Counted from the stretch's first letter, positions 50,005-60,390 are shown. The stretch: 64,000 nucleotides of DNA from a bacterium (GCA_017961325.1 JAGCXM010000028.1:21781-85780), one strand, 5' to 3'. Notes: generated by a model from the sequence alone, not told the origin. A program made the numbers and translations.

Positions 50005-50586
50005 ATGAAAAAGATTAAAGCTTTTACTTTGATAGAGGTTATGGTTTCTATTTTTGTTTTTTCTTCTGCCATGATCGGATTTATGGCGTTTCATGTTTAT
50101 ACCAAGTCGGTTCTGTTCGAGCAGGAAATGTTCCAGGTGGCAAATGCGCTCGCTTCAAACATGCTTGAGGAAATAAACGCCATGTCTTACAGCGGTTTCC
50201 GCGAACATTTTATAACAAACGCACCTCTAAAAGAATGGAGAGAGGACAAAGAGTTTGTTGATTCAAATGGTGAGTCTTCCGGTACATCTTCCGGTGCATT
50301 TGGCAAGGGTTTTGTAGCAAGTCCTTTTAATTCTTTCGGAAAGCCGTCGCCTGATGCCAATGATAACTACCGTTTTTACAGAGCTGTAAAAGTTACGGCG
50401 TACGCAGAACGAACACAGAGGTTTGTTCAAAAAGGTACATATCTTTCCACGCTTTATGAAGTTGAAGTGCGTGTAGCGTGGCCGAAAAGTGATTATCCTG
50501 CGCACAGTTGCGATAAATCCGGTTTTAATGACAAATGTGAGTCTATAACTATTCCTTTGATAAGATCGGCCGAAAACTATAGATGA
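50005..50586 (+). CDS. Type IV minor pilin, PilV-like
   Basis: MKKIKAFTLIEVMVSIFVFSSAMIGFMAF prepilin N-terminus (G|FTLIE with Glu5). Confidence 0.75.
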   Translation: MKKIKAFTLIEVMVSIFVFSSAMIGFMAFHVYTKSVLFEQEMFQVANALASNMLEEINAMSYSGFREHFITNAPLKEWREDKEFVDSNGESSGTSSGAFGKGFVASPFNSFGKPSPDANDNYRFYRAVKVTAYAERTQRFVQKGTYLSTLYEVEVRVAWPKSDYPAHSCDKSGFNDKCESITIPLIRSAENYR

Positions 50587-50599
50587 GAAGGAGTGATAT

Positions 50600-51706
50600 A
50601 TGGGTAAAAACGGTAATATGAAAGCTTTCACCATTATCGAACTTATGGTGAGCATATTTCTTACGATATTAGTAGTAGCCTCATTTTACAAACTCTACAA
50701 TATAGCATCAAGGGAAGAACGTTCTTCCGCAATCAGAATCTCAATCAATGTTGCCGGTGAGCAGATGCTTGATGCGATTTCAAATGCAATCAGATTTATA
50801 GGCTTGAACGGCAAACTCTCCGATTTGGACTTTTATAATAGCGGGACAATTAGTTCTGCCAGGCCGTTAATAAGGATTGCGGAGCAAGATCAGTTCGAGT
50901 TTCTCTCACCTTACGGCGGACCTGTAACCAAGCTGGCCAAGGATGCTGAAGGAACGTATCCGAACTGCACTTTCACCTTGGTCAGCAGTACCGCCCTCAG
51001 TAATAAAACAAAATCCTTTTTCTTTCACAATCAGGATGGAATTTTTGAAACAGAAGAAGACGAGGACTTAACTGTAAGCATAAGCAGCAGCGGTGAACTC
51101 GTTTTTACAAACGGATCAGGTTTTAAAAATGCTCCGAGAAACGATTTGGACGGTACGGAGTGCAGTGCTGTTTTTCCGTACGGGACGTTAGTTTCAGGAC
51201 AGGATAATTTTTTTATGCTGAAGTACAACGATGCTACCGGGCAGCTTAAACTCTGCTTTACTGATAAAGAAAGTATGATGACCTCGGCAGACTGTATTAA
51301 TGGATTTAATGAAGAAAAGGACACATCGGTTGTAAATTTTATGCCAGATGCAGATAAGACTTACGATATGCCCACATTCTTCATTCAGTATCTCACTGAA
51401 ACCAAATCCGGAAATGATCTCGTTGTAAAATGGCAGAACGGTACCTTGGGTACCTCGGAGGGCGAAGATCTCAGAAAAGATATTGTCGCAGTCAGGTTCG
51501 GATTTGTTCTTATTTCGGAAAGAACAAGAAATGAGGGAAACTATCCTGTAAATTTAAATTTTAGCGAGGAATACTGCATTTTCGGTGACGAGAGATACAA
51601 AACAAAAGATTGTTATACTCTTAGAGACCCGAACAAAACTGCTTATGTTTTTCGGCGTGTAGTATACCTTGCAAATCATCGTTTGCTGAAAGATTTCAAT
51701 AATTGA
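50600..51706 (+). CDS. Type IV minor pilin, PilW-like
   Basis: MKAFTIIELMVSIFLTILVVASFYKLY...; 368 aa, typical PilW size. Confidence 0.7.
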   Translation: MGKNGNMKAFTIIELMVSIFLTILVVASFYKLYNIASREERSSAIRISINVAGEQMLDAISNAIRFIGLNGKLSDLDFYNSGTISSARPLIRIAEQDQFEFLSPYGGPVTKLAKDAEGTYPNCTFTLVSSTALSNKTKSFFFHNQDGIFETEEDEDLTVSISSSGELVFTNGSGFKNAPRNDLDGTECSAVFPYGTLVSGQDNFFMLKYNDATGQLKLCFTDKESMMTSADCINGFNEEKDTSVVNFMPDADKTYDMPTFFIQYLTETKSGNDLVVKWQNGTLGTSEGEDLRKDIVAVRFGFVLISERTRNEGNYPVNLNFSEEYCIFGDERYKTKDCYTLRDPNKTAYVFRRVVYLANHRLLKDFNN

Positions 51707-51714
51707 GGTGAAAA

Positions 51715-52323
51715 ATGCTGAAAATCACGTTTCATTCAAGAGGTGCAGCGCTTTTTGTAAGCGTTCTGATGACATTGAGCCTTTCGATTATAGCTTTAGC
51801 AACCATGTCGAAACTTTCCGAGCTTTCCCACACGGGAGTCGGTGATTCGGAGGAGAGGCGGCTTCAGATATATGCTTTTTCTGCGATGAATATCGTAAAC
51901 GGTGAGCTCAGACAGCTTCTTGATTCTACTCTGGATTTTGCAGACTTTTATTCGATCGGAGCCGGTGAAACCGTATCTATAAATGTTACCAACAGGGATT
52001 TCAAATACTATCCGTTAGACACCGGTAAAGGCGGCAAGGAAACGAAATTTGCATATCGTGCGATTGCGAGAAAGCTCACGACTAACAGCGATGCATTGCT
52101 TTACGGCATAGTAGGTAAATTTAAATTTAATTTAAACAAAGATGCCTGCTACGATATCATGGTGGATGTAATACCAGTTACATTTATCGGAACTAGCACC
52201 AATAATGTAATAGAAGTGGAAGAATCCGGAGACAATCCGGATCAATATGTTTTAGGTAAAATGAAGACTGTCGGGCAGATAAGCTGCTTTACAAAAGGAG
52301 AAATTGATCATACAGGTAATTAA
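51715..52323 (+). CDS. PilX/GspK-like minor pilin (PilX N-terminal-type hydrophobic segment, no Glu5)
   Basis: MLKITFHSRGAALFVSVLMTLSLSIIALATMSKLSEL. Confidence 0.65.
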   Translation: MLKITFHSRGAALFVSVLMTLSLSIIALATMSKLSELSHTGVGDSEERRLQIYAFSAMNIVNGELRQLLDSTLDFADFYSIGAGETVSINVTNRDFKYYPLDTGKGGKETKFAYRAIARKLTTNSDALLYGIVGKFKFNLNKDACYDIMVDVIPVTFIGTSTNNVIEVEESGDNPDQYVLGKMKTVGQISCFTKGEIDHTGN

Positions 52324-52337
52324 ATAAGAGGTGTGAT

Positions 52338-55300
52338 ATGAAACGGTTTGTAACACAAAACAGAATTTTAGCAGTTTTCGTTTCGGCGCTGTTGCTTCCG
52401 GTTTTGCTGGTGGCGGTGACGGAATCGGAGTTGGATGATGTTGCGGCTATGATTACGGTTGCCAAAAAAGCTGCCAATACCATTTTTATTCTCGACACCT
52501 CCGAAAATATGAACAGTTTTGCGTACAGCGACTATATCGAAACTTGTGCAGACGCTTATGCTAACGCTGAACATGCACATGAAATCTGTCTTAATTCTTT
52601 GGAACAGTGCCTGGAAGTAAAGGACGCAACTGATGGTTTCTGCGGCAGTGTCGACTGTACGCAGCTTGCGAACGGTTGCGATGAGATTAAGACGACGCAG
52701 AAAAGAGTTGAAAATTACTGCAATGATTTGAAGGCTGTTTACGCTTTCATGGATGATCCTGATCATCAGCCGGAAAACAGACAGCTGACCAGATCAGGAA
52801 CCGACCCGAAGAGAGAGAGGTTTGTCGGTCCTTGGAATCCTGACAGTTTCTATACGCAAGATCTCTGTTTTTACGACTGGACGAACGATACCAACGGTGA
52901 CGTACTGAACGGAACTACTTCCGAGCACTGGTCTAATCCGTCCTGCGACTATGATCCGGAACATTGCCATAATGTCGGAACATCCAAAGAAAAAGACCCG
53001 AAAGGTGCAACGTTGTCTGAAACCGCTTATTACGGCAGTGACCGCAGGGACTGGGACTGCATAACCGACGGTAACGACAATATGGACAACGGTCAGAGTT
53101 TTTCATCTTTGAAGGGCGGCGTCAGCGGGCACTGGCTCAACTGGAGATACGCGACATCCCTTGATGCCGTTAAAATTCTTCTTGCGAATGTCCACCAGTT
53201 TTCATATCCTCCGAGGTGGAGAGGCGAAAACAAGTGTATCCAATACAATTACAAGCCGGTCAAACCTGACATAACTCAGTGTGAAGAAGGCTACACTAAA
53301 GAGGTCGTTAATGATGCAACGGGCGAGGTCCGCTGTAAGGATTCAGACGGTAACACGGACAAATCTTATTACAAGAAGATATGTTTCATAAGCCCTGAAC
53401 CAACTAACGGCGGATCCTATTTTGATACGGCGTATCTGGACAAAGAGGATGAAGAGCGGTCTAAAATCCTTAATGCTATGCGTACGCTTGTTTCGGGTTC
53501 ATGGTCGGCTGACGATAAAGGCGAACACGAAAATGAGGTTTGTGCAAACTATGACTTGTTAGCCGATTTTTCGTTCTATGACAAAAAAGACGGTCCGGGT
53601 TTGCATTTTGATAAAGGAACATCCGCACATCCGGCACCAGTCAGTGCGGAAACGGCCGGTTGTCACAAGTGTATGAAGTTTAACGGTGATACCGAGGATC
53701 CGGCTTTTGAAGAAATGGATTGCGAGGAGTTTGAAGTCGATGCAGAATTCGATAATAACATACCGAGAGAACAAAATTTCGACGGTGAATATACTGCCAC
53801 ATATAGTCAGAAATGCTGCAAAACTTCTAAGTGTACAAATCCAAAGTGCAGGGACAACGATCTTTGCTGCAAGAATAATAGTACAGCTTATCCGGACGAA
53901 ACTTCCGAAGGATACAAAACCTGTCTTAAAGACGGCGAATATCAGTGCAACCTCGGTTTTTACAGCGAATTCGACCAGGATAAGACCCACTGCTGCGGAT
54001 CGGTGGAATGTGTAAACGGTGAAACAATCGAAGAGTATCTGACCGATACCACGACCGGATGCCAGATCTGCTCGATCGGTTCAGTAATGACGGAAAAAAA
54101 CGAAACCTCTACTTTTGTCAGCGAACCTGTTCTTCCTAATCCAGGGGCATATATGTATGATGAGAACATAGAGTTTAAAGTTAAAATCGCATCCATGGAT
54201 GGTGGGGATAACATTGAAGATATGACGGTAACGCTTTATTACGCCTGCAATAACGATACCGACTCGTGGCATGAGATGGCAAGTTTTACCTGTTACAGAG
54301 ACAGTGATCCTGACTGCGAAGACTATTATGAGAATGATAAGGAGATAATGACTCCCAAACTTTCCGGTTGTGAAACTGAAGGTTATAAGGTCAAGCTCGA
54401 AGTTTCTACTACGGGAAGATACTGCAAGATAGAAAGCAGCGAAAGTTTTTCAGTCTCATTCAAATACGAACTTCCGGAAGGTAACTTCTCCGGTAAAAAA
54501 GAGTGGCAGAAAGTATTAGATCCCACACAAGATTACTACATGATTCTAAAAAATCAGGCCGGCGGTGATCAGAGTGTGGTAGTTCATGAATATGAGTGCA
54601 AACAGGCTTTCTATCATACTCAGGCGTATACCGATTCCAGTTCCTGTCCTAGGGACGCGAACAAAATCGTTCAAAAATTTCACGAGAAGGGATATACGGA
54701 TGTCAAATACTGCGATCCGGATTACAGGAGAGAGGAAGTCATCATGAAGCAAAGCGGCTGCGGTTTTGAAATATCATATTTCTGTTCATACCTTTGCCGT
54801 GACGAAGTCACTTACAACGAACCCTGGGCGTGCATGGCTACATTCTTTCAGATGGACGAATACGAGAGAGGCGGTATTGAGAAATGTTCACAAGAGTGTC
54901 AGAGGGAATCGTATATAAGTCCGAATCCTTCAGGAGGAAAAACTAACAATGTCGAAGAATGCTGCCGTTGTATAGATCGTGCTTATTATTATGAGGCAGG
55001 CTGGTATCAGGATGAACCGTTTTTCGAGCCGGTGCAGGGTGTTTCCATGCCGGATGCTCCCGGTAGCAGTACAAAAAAGACTTACCATTGCGCCGTCAGT
55101 GCCATCAAGGGAAGTGACACTCAGGTCGGATTCCATGCCGAAATTATAAACGGACATACCAATGAAGTTATGAACAGTGTGACCGGCCAATATGACGGAA
55201 CATACCTCCTCAGTCCGTATGTCCTTGATGATGAAACCCTGTTCTCGCCGTATGATGAGTGGATTTCCGCTAGAACTTTCATTGAAACGAAATCAAAAGA

Positions 55301-58300
55301 CTTAGGTATCAGAGATACGACCATCAGCGGTTTCAAAACATCGAGCTCGGCGGAGAGAAGGAATGTCTGCATATACGATCTTTTGGATGACTGGGGCGGC
55401 GATCTCTGCAGCATATGCAGCACGGTTTCTTGCGGCAACTGCCTAGATCCTAGTATAAGTGTTCCTGATGACAAGTGTACCGATCCGAATTTCTGGATGA
55501 AAGTTCCGCGAAGCGAAGGCGGCGAGCTGATTTTCTCGAAGGAACAGATTGTCGATCCGGATTCAAGAGCCCGTTTCCAGAAGGCTATAAAAGAATTGAA
55601 AGCCGTGGGCGGTCCGACACTGGGTGAAACACTTTACGATGCATGGAGATTCCTCGGCGGAATGTATGCCCTGCACGATCCCAAACATGTTGTCGGTAGT
55701 GAAGAAGGACCTTATGAATCTCCGTTTGCTAACCAGGAACCGGAGTGTTTCTCAAACGAGGTCGTTGTTCTTTCGGGCGGTCAGGCACAGTTCGACCACA
55801 ACAACAGAATCGAAAAAGTGGAGGGCATTAACGTAACCTGTCCTTCAATGTCGCAGGTTAGCGAGATACCATGCGTCGCGCCTACCGAAGATGACTATTA
55901 TGACAACAGCGCGGATGGAGGCAGAGGTGGTTATGTGAATAGAAACAAACCTTATTACGAAACTGACTGGTATCAGTCATCCATTATGAATGTGGCAAGA
56001 TTTGTAAAGACCCATTCTTTCTATAATACTAATGAGAATTGTGTCAAAACCGACCAGCTGAAGAGAAATATTTTGGGTTATGAGGGAGATCCTGATGATA
56101 CAAAGTGTATGGAAACAATTGCTGGTGAAGGAAACAACAAGGCTGTTATAAACAGGATCCACTCCGGAGCTATCGGAGAATGGACTCTTTCGGCTCTCTA
56201 TAACAAACCAGACTTTGAATATCTGGAAAAAATCACGAAGAAGTATCCGACTGATGATGAAACGGCGACAGATGGCAAATACTGTTCGCTTACACTCGGC
56301 AAAGACAGTGTAAACGACTGTTCGTTCAGAAATATTACGGATCTTCTCTCCGATTTGTTGACGTTGCCTCAGCCTACCGATGTCGAGTCCGGTCGTCCGC
56401 ACTGGACATCTTCCCTTGTCCAGCCTTTCGATGTCGAGGAAAAATACCGCGGTCCGGAAGCTTATGTAGCCGGAGCTGTTCCCATAGCATCGGCAACGAG
56501 CAGATTCTGGTTCGGAAACCTCAAAAAATATATGGTCGACGAAGGAAATAGCGATTGCAACAAAACTATTTCGTGTGAGGGTTATGCGGAAAATAATGGC
56601 CAGTGCGGTACTGGCTGCGGAGGTTGGCAGAAACAGACATTCGCATCTTCGGCAGACTGTTTTGTCGATAATGACAATGGGGTTGGTGATATGCCTGGCG
56701 ATGACAGCGAGGATTTCAGAAGACTGCTTGCCGGCGGAGCCGCAAGAAAACTTTCAGATAAACTGAGAACCGAGACGTGCAGCAATCCTCCCTGCTTTAA
56801 GAAAGTAAGCACAAGGACGATATACTACGATGCGGACAATGCTCCGAATACTGACCTTAAGCTACTTAAAGATATCAGCGACGGCGACATGAGCATACTT
56901 CTCGACGAATTCGGATTGACCGGAGGAGCCGCTACAGCTGAAAAGATTTTCGATTATATGTACGGTTATGATTCGTTTGCCGATAATGTCGATCAGCAGA
57001 GGAAACTAAGATTCGGTTACGATAATAGTCCTACCGGCACGTCCATAACAGTAAGGGATCCGTTGAACATCGATTTCAACAACAAAAAGTATGTAACAAT
57101 CCGTCCGGTTCTTCTCGGCGCAATCGTTCACTCAAAACCGGTTGCGGTTTATTACGGCAATAATACCAAGACAAGAATTTTCGCAGGAGCCAACGACGGT
57201 ATGCTGCATGCTTTTGACGAAAGCGGAAATGAACAATGGGCTTATATCCCGAGCAATGTCCTTCCGTCCGTCCGCAAGATTGCCAACAATTCGAATTCCA
57301 TGAATTTCAAGGCTATGGTTGACGGTCCGATCACATTCTTCCACATTGATCAGAGCCATGACGGAATTGTTGATGAAGGCGAGAAGGCTTTCCTTATTTT
57401 CGGTTACAGGCGTGGAGCGAAAGGCTATACCGTAATTGATGTCTCCGAACCGGATAGCCCGAAATTCGTTCAGAATATCAACACGAACGGCGGTTACAGT
57501 TTCGGAAAGGCTCTCATATTCAGGAAGTGTCCCGGTGTTTGCAATTATGCGGAAGAACTTGACTATTATCTTGCCGTTCCCGGCGGTTACGACGATTGTG
57601 AAGACGGTGACGATCCTGACTGCAAAATGCCAGAGGACAGCTCAAATGAGGGCGGTAACGTTATGAAAGGCAACAAATTCGCTATTTATCCTTTCAATAA
57701 GGAACAAAACAAATTTTCAACGAGTGCAGGGTCATTTTTCAATTATGAGCGTGATTCCGAAGGTGAAACAAACAATCAGAAGAAATGGCTTGTCGCTTCG
57801 TTTGCCGCTGAACCTTTTGCAATAAACACCAAAGGCAAAAGATCAATCAATACCGAATTCGTCTACTTTACCGATCTTACCGGAACTGTATTCAGAGTCG
57901 ATGTCAGAGACGGAAATATACATGACTGGAAAGATAAAACAAAAGTCGTTTTTGCTAAGAGAAATTCCGCCGGCGATACGGGAGGCGTAAAACTCTTTGA
58001 ACAGGGCAAGAGTTATGCCGGCAACAATTTATTCCCGCCTTTGGAAATATACAACCCCGGAGGCGACAATAAGGAGGGACTGGTTCCGATCCCCGTCGTA
58101 TTCGGAGACGCTTCGTGGCCGAAAATTGATACTGAAAAAGCTTCAATGACCATTTTCTACGACAAGCAGCCTAAGGAGGATGAAGATTATCAGGCAAGTT
58201 ACAGCGGTTACAACTCGAATGATTATGAAACCGCAGATCTTAACAACAACAACCAGTTCCATTCCGGCAAGAGCGGTTGGAGAATAGATTTCGGCGGCTC

Positions 58301-58715
58301 AGAAGATTCGAAAGGTGAAAAAGGCATCACGGAGCCGATGATACTTTACGATCTTTACGGCAGCAACGGAAGTTCAGACACGTATGATTACTCGCTTGCA
58401 TGGAACACATATGTTCCGAAAAAGAGTACTGATTGCATGAATTTCGGAACGAGTTTCAACTACGACAGACATGTCGTGGACGGTTCGAATATTTTGAAAC
58501 TGACAGAAATGTCCAGTACTGTCGGCGAATGGGATCCTTCGAAGTGCAAAGACTCTTCGACGCAGGGCATAAGTGTTGCGACTGCGGTAGGAGTGGTTGC
58601 AACGAGTGAGGGATACGATCTTGCTTTCGGAGCGGGAGCAGACATATACAGAAAGCCGGGAATTACTGTCGTTATCAGTACGACCCGTGTTCTTAAATGG
58701 TATGAGCTTTACTAA
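52338..58715 (+). CDS. pilY1: Giant (2125 aa) PilY1-like pilus tip adhesin: N-terminal vWA domain apparently interrupted by a ~1000-aa Cys-rich insertion, plus a C-terminal PilY1/PilC beta-propeller domain
   Basis: Signal peptide; vWA start TIFILDTSENM (MIDAS DxSxN); later vWA elements AVGGPTLGETLYDAW and EVVVLSGGQA about 3.1 kb downstream; C-terminal RIFAGANDGMLHAFDESGNEQWAYIPSNVLP (PilY1 hallmark) and DQSHDGIVDEGE Ca-loop-like motif. Confidence 0.8.
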   Translation: MKRFVTQNRILAVFVSALLLPVLLVAVTESELDDVAAMITVAKKAANTIFILDTSENMNSFAYSDYIETCADAYANAEHAHEICLNSLEQCLEVKDATDGFCGSVDCTQLANGCDEIKTTQKRVENYCNDLKAVYAFMDDPDHQPENRQLTRSGTDPKRERFVGPWNPDSFYTQDLCFYDWTNDTNGDVLNGTTSEHWSNPSCDYDPEHCHNVGTSKEKDPKGATLSETAYYGSDRRDWDCITDGNDNMDNGQSFSSLKGGVSGHWLNWRYATSLDAVKILLANVHQFSYPPRWRGENKCIQYNYKPVKPDITQCEEGYTKEVVNDATGEVRCKDSDGNTDKSYYKKICFISPEPTNGGSYFDTAYLDKEDEERSKILNAMRTLVSGSWSADDKGEHENEVCANYDLLADFSFYDKKDGPGLHFDKGTSAHPAPVSAETAGCHKCMKFNGDTEDPAFEEMDCEEFEVDAEFDNNIPREQNFDGEYTATYSQKCCKTSKCTNPKCRDNDLCCKNNSTAYPDETSEGYKTCLKDGEYQCNLGFYSEFDQDKTHCCGSVECVNGETIEEYLTDTTTGCQICSIGSVMTEKNETSTFVSEPVLPNPGAYMYDENIEFKVKIASMDGGDNIEDMTVTLYYACNNDTDSWHEMASFTCYRDSDPDCEDYYENDKEIMTPKLSGCETEGYKVKLEVSTTGRYCKIESSESFSVSFKYELPEGNFSGKKEWQKVLDPTQDYYMILKNQAGGDQSVVVHEYECKQAFYHTQAYTDSSSCPRDANKIVQKFHEKGYTDVKYCDPDYRREEVIMKQSGCGFEISYFCSYLCRDEVTYNEPWACMATFFQMDEYERGGIEKCSQECQRESYISPNPSGGKTNNVEECCRCIDRAYYYEAGWYQDEPFFEPVQGVSMPDAPGSSTKKTYHCAVSAIKGSDTQVGFHAEIINGHTNEVMNSVTGQYDGTYLLSPYVLDDETLFSPYDEWISARTFIETKSKDLGIRDTTISGFKTSSSAERRNVCIYDLLDDWGGDLCSICSTVSCGNCLDPSISVPDDKCTDPNFWMKVPRSEGGELIFSKEQIVDPDSRARFQKAIKELKAVGGPTLGETLYDAWRFLGGMYALHDPKHVVGSEEGPYESPFANQEPECFSNEVVVLSGGQAQFDHNNRIEKVEGINVTCPSMSQVSEIPCVAPTEDDYYDNSADGGRGGYVNRNKPYYETDWYQSSIMNVARFVKTHSFYNTNENCVKTDQLKRNILGYEGDPDDTKCMETIAGEGNNKAVINRIHSGAIGEWTLSALYNKPDFEYLEKITKKYPTDDETATDGKYCSLTLGKDSVNDCSFRNITDLLSDLLTLPQPTDVESGRPHWTSSLVQPFDVEEKYRGPEAYVAGAVPIASATSRFWFGNLKKYMVDEGNSDCNKTISCEGYAENNGQCGTGCGGWQKQTFASSADCFVDNDNGVGDMPGDDSEDFRRLLAGGAARKLSDKLRTETCSNPPCFKKVSTRTIYYDADNAPNTDLKLLKDISDGDMSILLDEFGLTGGAATAEKIFDYMYGYDSFADNVDQQRKLRFGYDNSPTGTSITVRDPLNIDFNNKKYVTIRPVLLGAIVHSKPVAVYYGNNTKTRIFAGANDGMLHAFDESGNEQWAYIPSNVLPSVRKIANNSNSMNFKAMVDGPITFFHIDQSHDGIVDEGEKAFLIFGYRRGAKGYTVIDVSEPDSPKFVQNINTNGGYSFGKALIFRKCPGVCNYAEELDYYLAVPGGYDDCEDGDDPDCKMPEDSSNEGGNVMKGNKFAIYPFNKEQNKFSTSAGSFFNYERDSEGETNNQKKWLVASFAAEPFAINTKGKRSINTEFVYFTDLTGTVFRVDVRDGNIHDWKDKTKVVFAKRNSAGDTGGVKLFEQGKSYAGNNLFPPLEIYNPGGDNKEGLVPIPVVFGDASWPKIDTEKASMTIFYDKQPKEDEDYQASYSGYNSNDYETADLNNNNQFHSGKSGWRIDFGGSEDSKGEKGITEPMILYDLYGSNGSSDTYDYSLAWNTYVPKKSTDCMNFGTSFNYDRHVVDGSNILKLTEMSSTVGEWDPSKCKDSSTQGISVATAVGVVATSEGYDLAFGAGADIYRKPGITVVISTTRVLKWYELY

Positions 58716-58725
58716 GGAGGACAAT

Positions 58726-59508
58726 ATGAGAAAAATTTTAGTACTTATTTTTGTCGTTGCTCTGAATTTCACACTTTTTGCTGACAGAACGGCCGGAAAA
58801 GGCAACTCATATTCGGAATTCCCGTTTATTGTTCTTGTCGGACAACTTGTTGAAATCAATCCGTTTTCTGTTGTTTTTGAAAACACTTTGTATGAAGCGA
58901 ATACCGACACTGAAAAAATAGGCAGACTAATAGAAGTCTTTGAAAAGGATACCGATTTCAGATCCCACGGGATGGCCAATGCTCTTCGTGCGGCTAGCGT
59001 GAAAAACGGAAAAATGAGGCTTTCCTTCTATGTGGACAATATTTTCAGAATTTTCAGCAACGATGCTTCAACTTATGTACGTTATCTTCCCCTTTTACAC
59101 CTTTTCGAAAACAATATCAAAGAAGTAATGCTTACGCCGGAGCAGGTAGAGAGAATCAAAAAGATTTCGGCTGAATATGTCCTCAATCTTCCGGCAGCTA
59201 AGGAACTTATCAAAAATTCCTGGCTTGCAGGAGTTTTCCAGATCAGTCCGACTGACGGTAAACTTGTTTATAAAAGTGCGAGATTCTTTAAAGATTTTGA
59301 TGAACTCAACCAGAGTGAGTGGGCGAGGAACTACAGAATTCCCGATATTGTCAGGAGAGGGATGACCGTTTCAATGACGAAGGCGATTTTTATAGGTCAT
59401 GAATCCGAAAACGTTAAGAGCGAAGAGAAGGAAAAAGGTGAAAAATCTGGACAAAATAAAAAACAGTTCGATAATAGAAGCGGTGCTCCTGCCGGAAGGG
59501 AGAAATAA
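58726..59508 (+). CDS. Secreted hypothetical protein in the PilY2 position of the minor-pilin operon. Start taken at ATG 58726, preceded by AAGGAGG; the ORF track begins at 58597, overlapping pilY1.
   Basis: Signal peptide MRKILVLIFVVALNFTLFA; operon context. Confidence 0.55.
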   Translation: MRKILVLIFVVALNFTLFADRTAGKGNSYSEFPFIVLVGQLVEINPFSVVFENTLYEANTDTEKIGRLIEVFEKDTDFRSHGMANALRAASVKNGKMRLSFYVDNIFRIFSNDASTYVRYLPLLHLFENNIKEVMLTPEQVERIKKISAEYVLNLPAAKELIKNSWLAGVFQISPTDGKLVYKSARFFKDFDELNQSEWARNYRIPDIVRRGMTVSMTKAIFIGHESENVKSEEKEKGEKSGQNKKQFDNRSGAPAGREK

Positions 59509-59509
59509 A

Positions 59510-59980
59510 ATGACTGCATCATCCAAAAGTTTCAAAGGATTTACAATGATAGAACTTTTGATGGTTCTTGCCATAATCGGTGTCATTGTGGCCTTTGCGG
59601 TTCCTATTTTTAGCTATTTTTCAGACAGTTCGAAAGTTGACGAGTTGAAGTCCAAGATGTTTTTATTGGCAGGAGCACAGGAAAAATATTTTATAAAAAA
59701 CGCTACATACGCTCCTTCATTACAGTCACTTGGAGGCGCAAATACGTTCGGAATCAGTGCTGATGACGGAATGGATTTCGCAACAGGCGTTTATATTAAA
59801 AAAGGCGGCGAAATGTTCTACTGGATTTACGGCAAACGCTGTATAAACAACACTCCGCACTGCTGGCTTTATATTCCGTCTTTGGTGTCCAAACAAACGA
59901 CGGATGTTACTAATTTCATAGAATTGAAATCCGGTGTGAAGGTAGCTTACGACATACCGAATAATTGCGTGTGTGAATGA
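59510..59980 (+). CDS. Type IV pilin (PilE/PilA-like). Start ATG 59510, immediately after the previous stop.
   Basis: Leader MTASSKSFKG|FTMIELLMVLAIIGVIVAFAVPIF; C-terminal Cys pair (disulfide loop). Confidence 0.75.
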   Translation: MTASSKSFKGFTMIELLMVLAIIGVIVAFAVPIFSYFSDSSKVDELKSKMFLLAGAQEKYFIKNATYAPSLQSLGGANTFGISADDGMDFATGVYIKKGGEMFYWIYGKRCINNTPHCWLYIPSLVSKQTTDVTNFIELKSGVKVAYDIPNNCVCE

Positions 59981-59991
59981 GGGAGAAATTT

Positions 59992-60390
59992 ATGAAAAGA
60001 AAAGGTTTTACGCTTATAGAAGTAATGATTGTGCTTGCCATTGTTGCTGTTCTCTCAGCTGTTGCGATTCCTCTTTATACGGGTTACACCAACAGAGCTA
60101 AACAGGTAGAGGCTGAAGAACAGCTGATGAATATAGCTGCGATCGAAGCAGATTATTTCAACAGTTTCAGAAAATATTTGATAGGTTCTTGGAAAACTAC
60201 TGATGAGGATACGACAATTCTTACCGATTATTACGGTGCCAAGCTTAAGGGAGATTATTACACAATAGACATAACGAACCTCAACGGCTTTACAGCAAAG
60301 GCCTGCGTATGTTACACTGGTCAAACATGCTGTGATTTAAGTTGCACTGTTGATAAAAGCAATTCTAAACCAGACTGTAAAAAAGAATAA
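59992..60390 (+). CDS. Type IV major-pilin-like protein (PilA-like). Start taken at ATG 59992 (MKRKG|FTLIEV); the ORF track begins at 59977, overlapping the upstream stop.
   Basis: FTLIEVMIVLAIVAVLSAVAIPLYTGYTNRAKQ canonical pilin N-terminus; C-terminal Cys residues. Confidence 0.8.
   Translation: MKRKGFTLIEVMIVLAIVAVLSAVAIPLYTGYTNRAKQVEAEEQLMNIAAIEADYFNSFRKYLIGSWKTTDEDTTILTDYYGAKLKGDYYTIDITNLNGFTAKACVCYTGQTCCDLSCTVDKSNSKPDCKKE

Noticed and set aside
58597-58725. Upstream extension of the PilY2-slot ORF overlapping the pilY1 3' end
   Set aside because: The in-frame ATG at 58726 is preceded by a strong AAGGAGG RBS and begins a signal peptide; the extension overlaps the pilY1 coding sequence.
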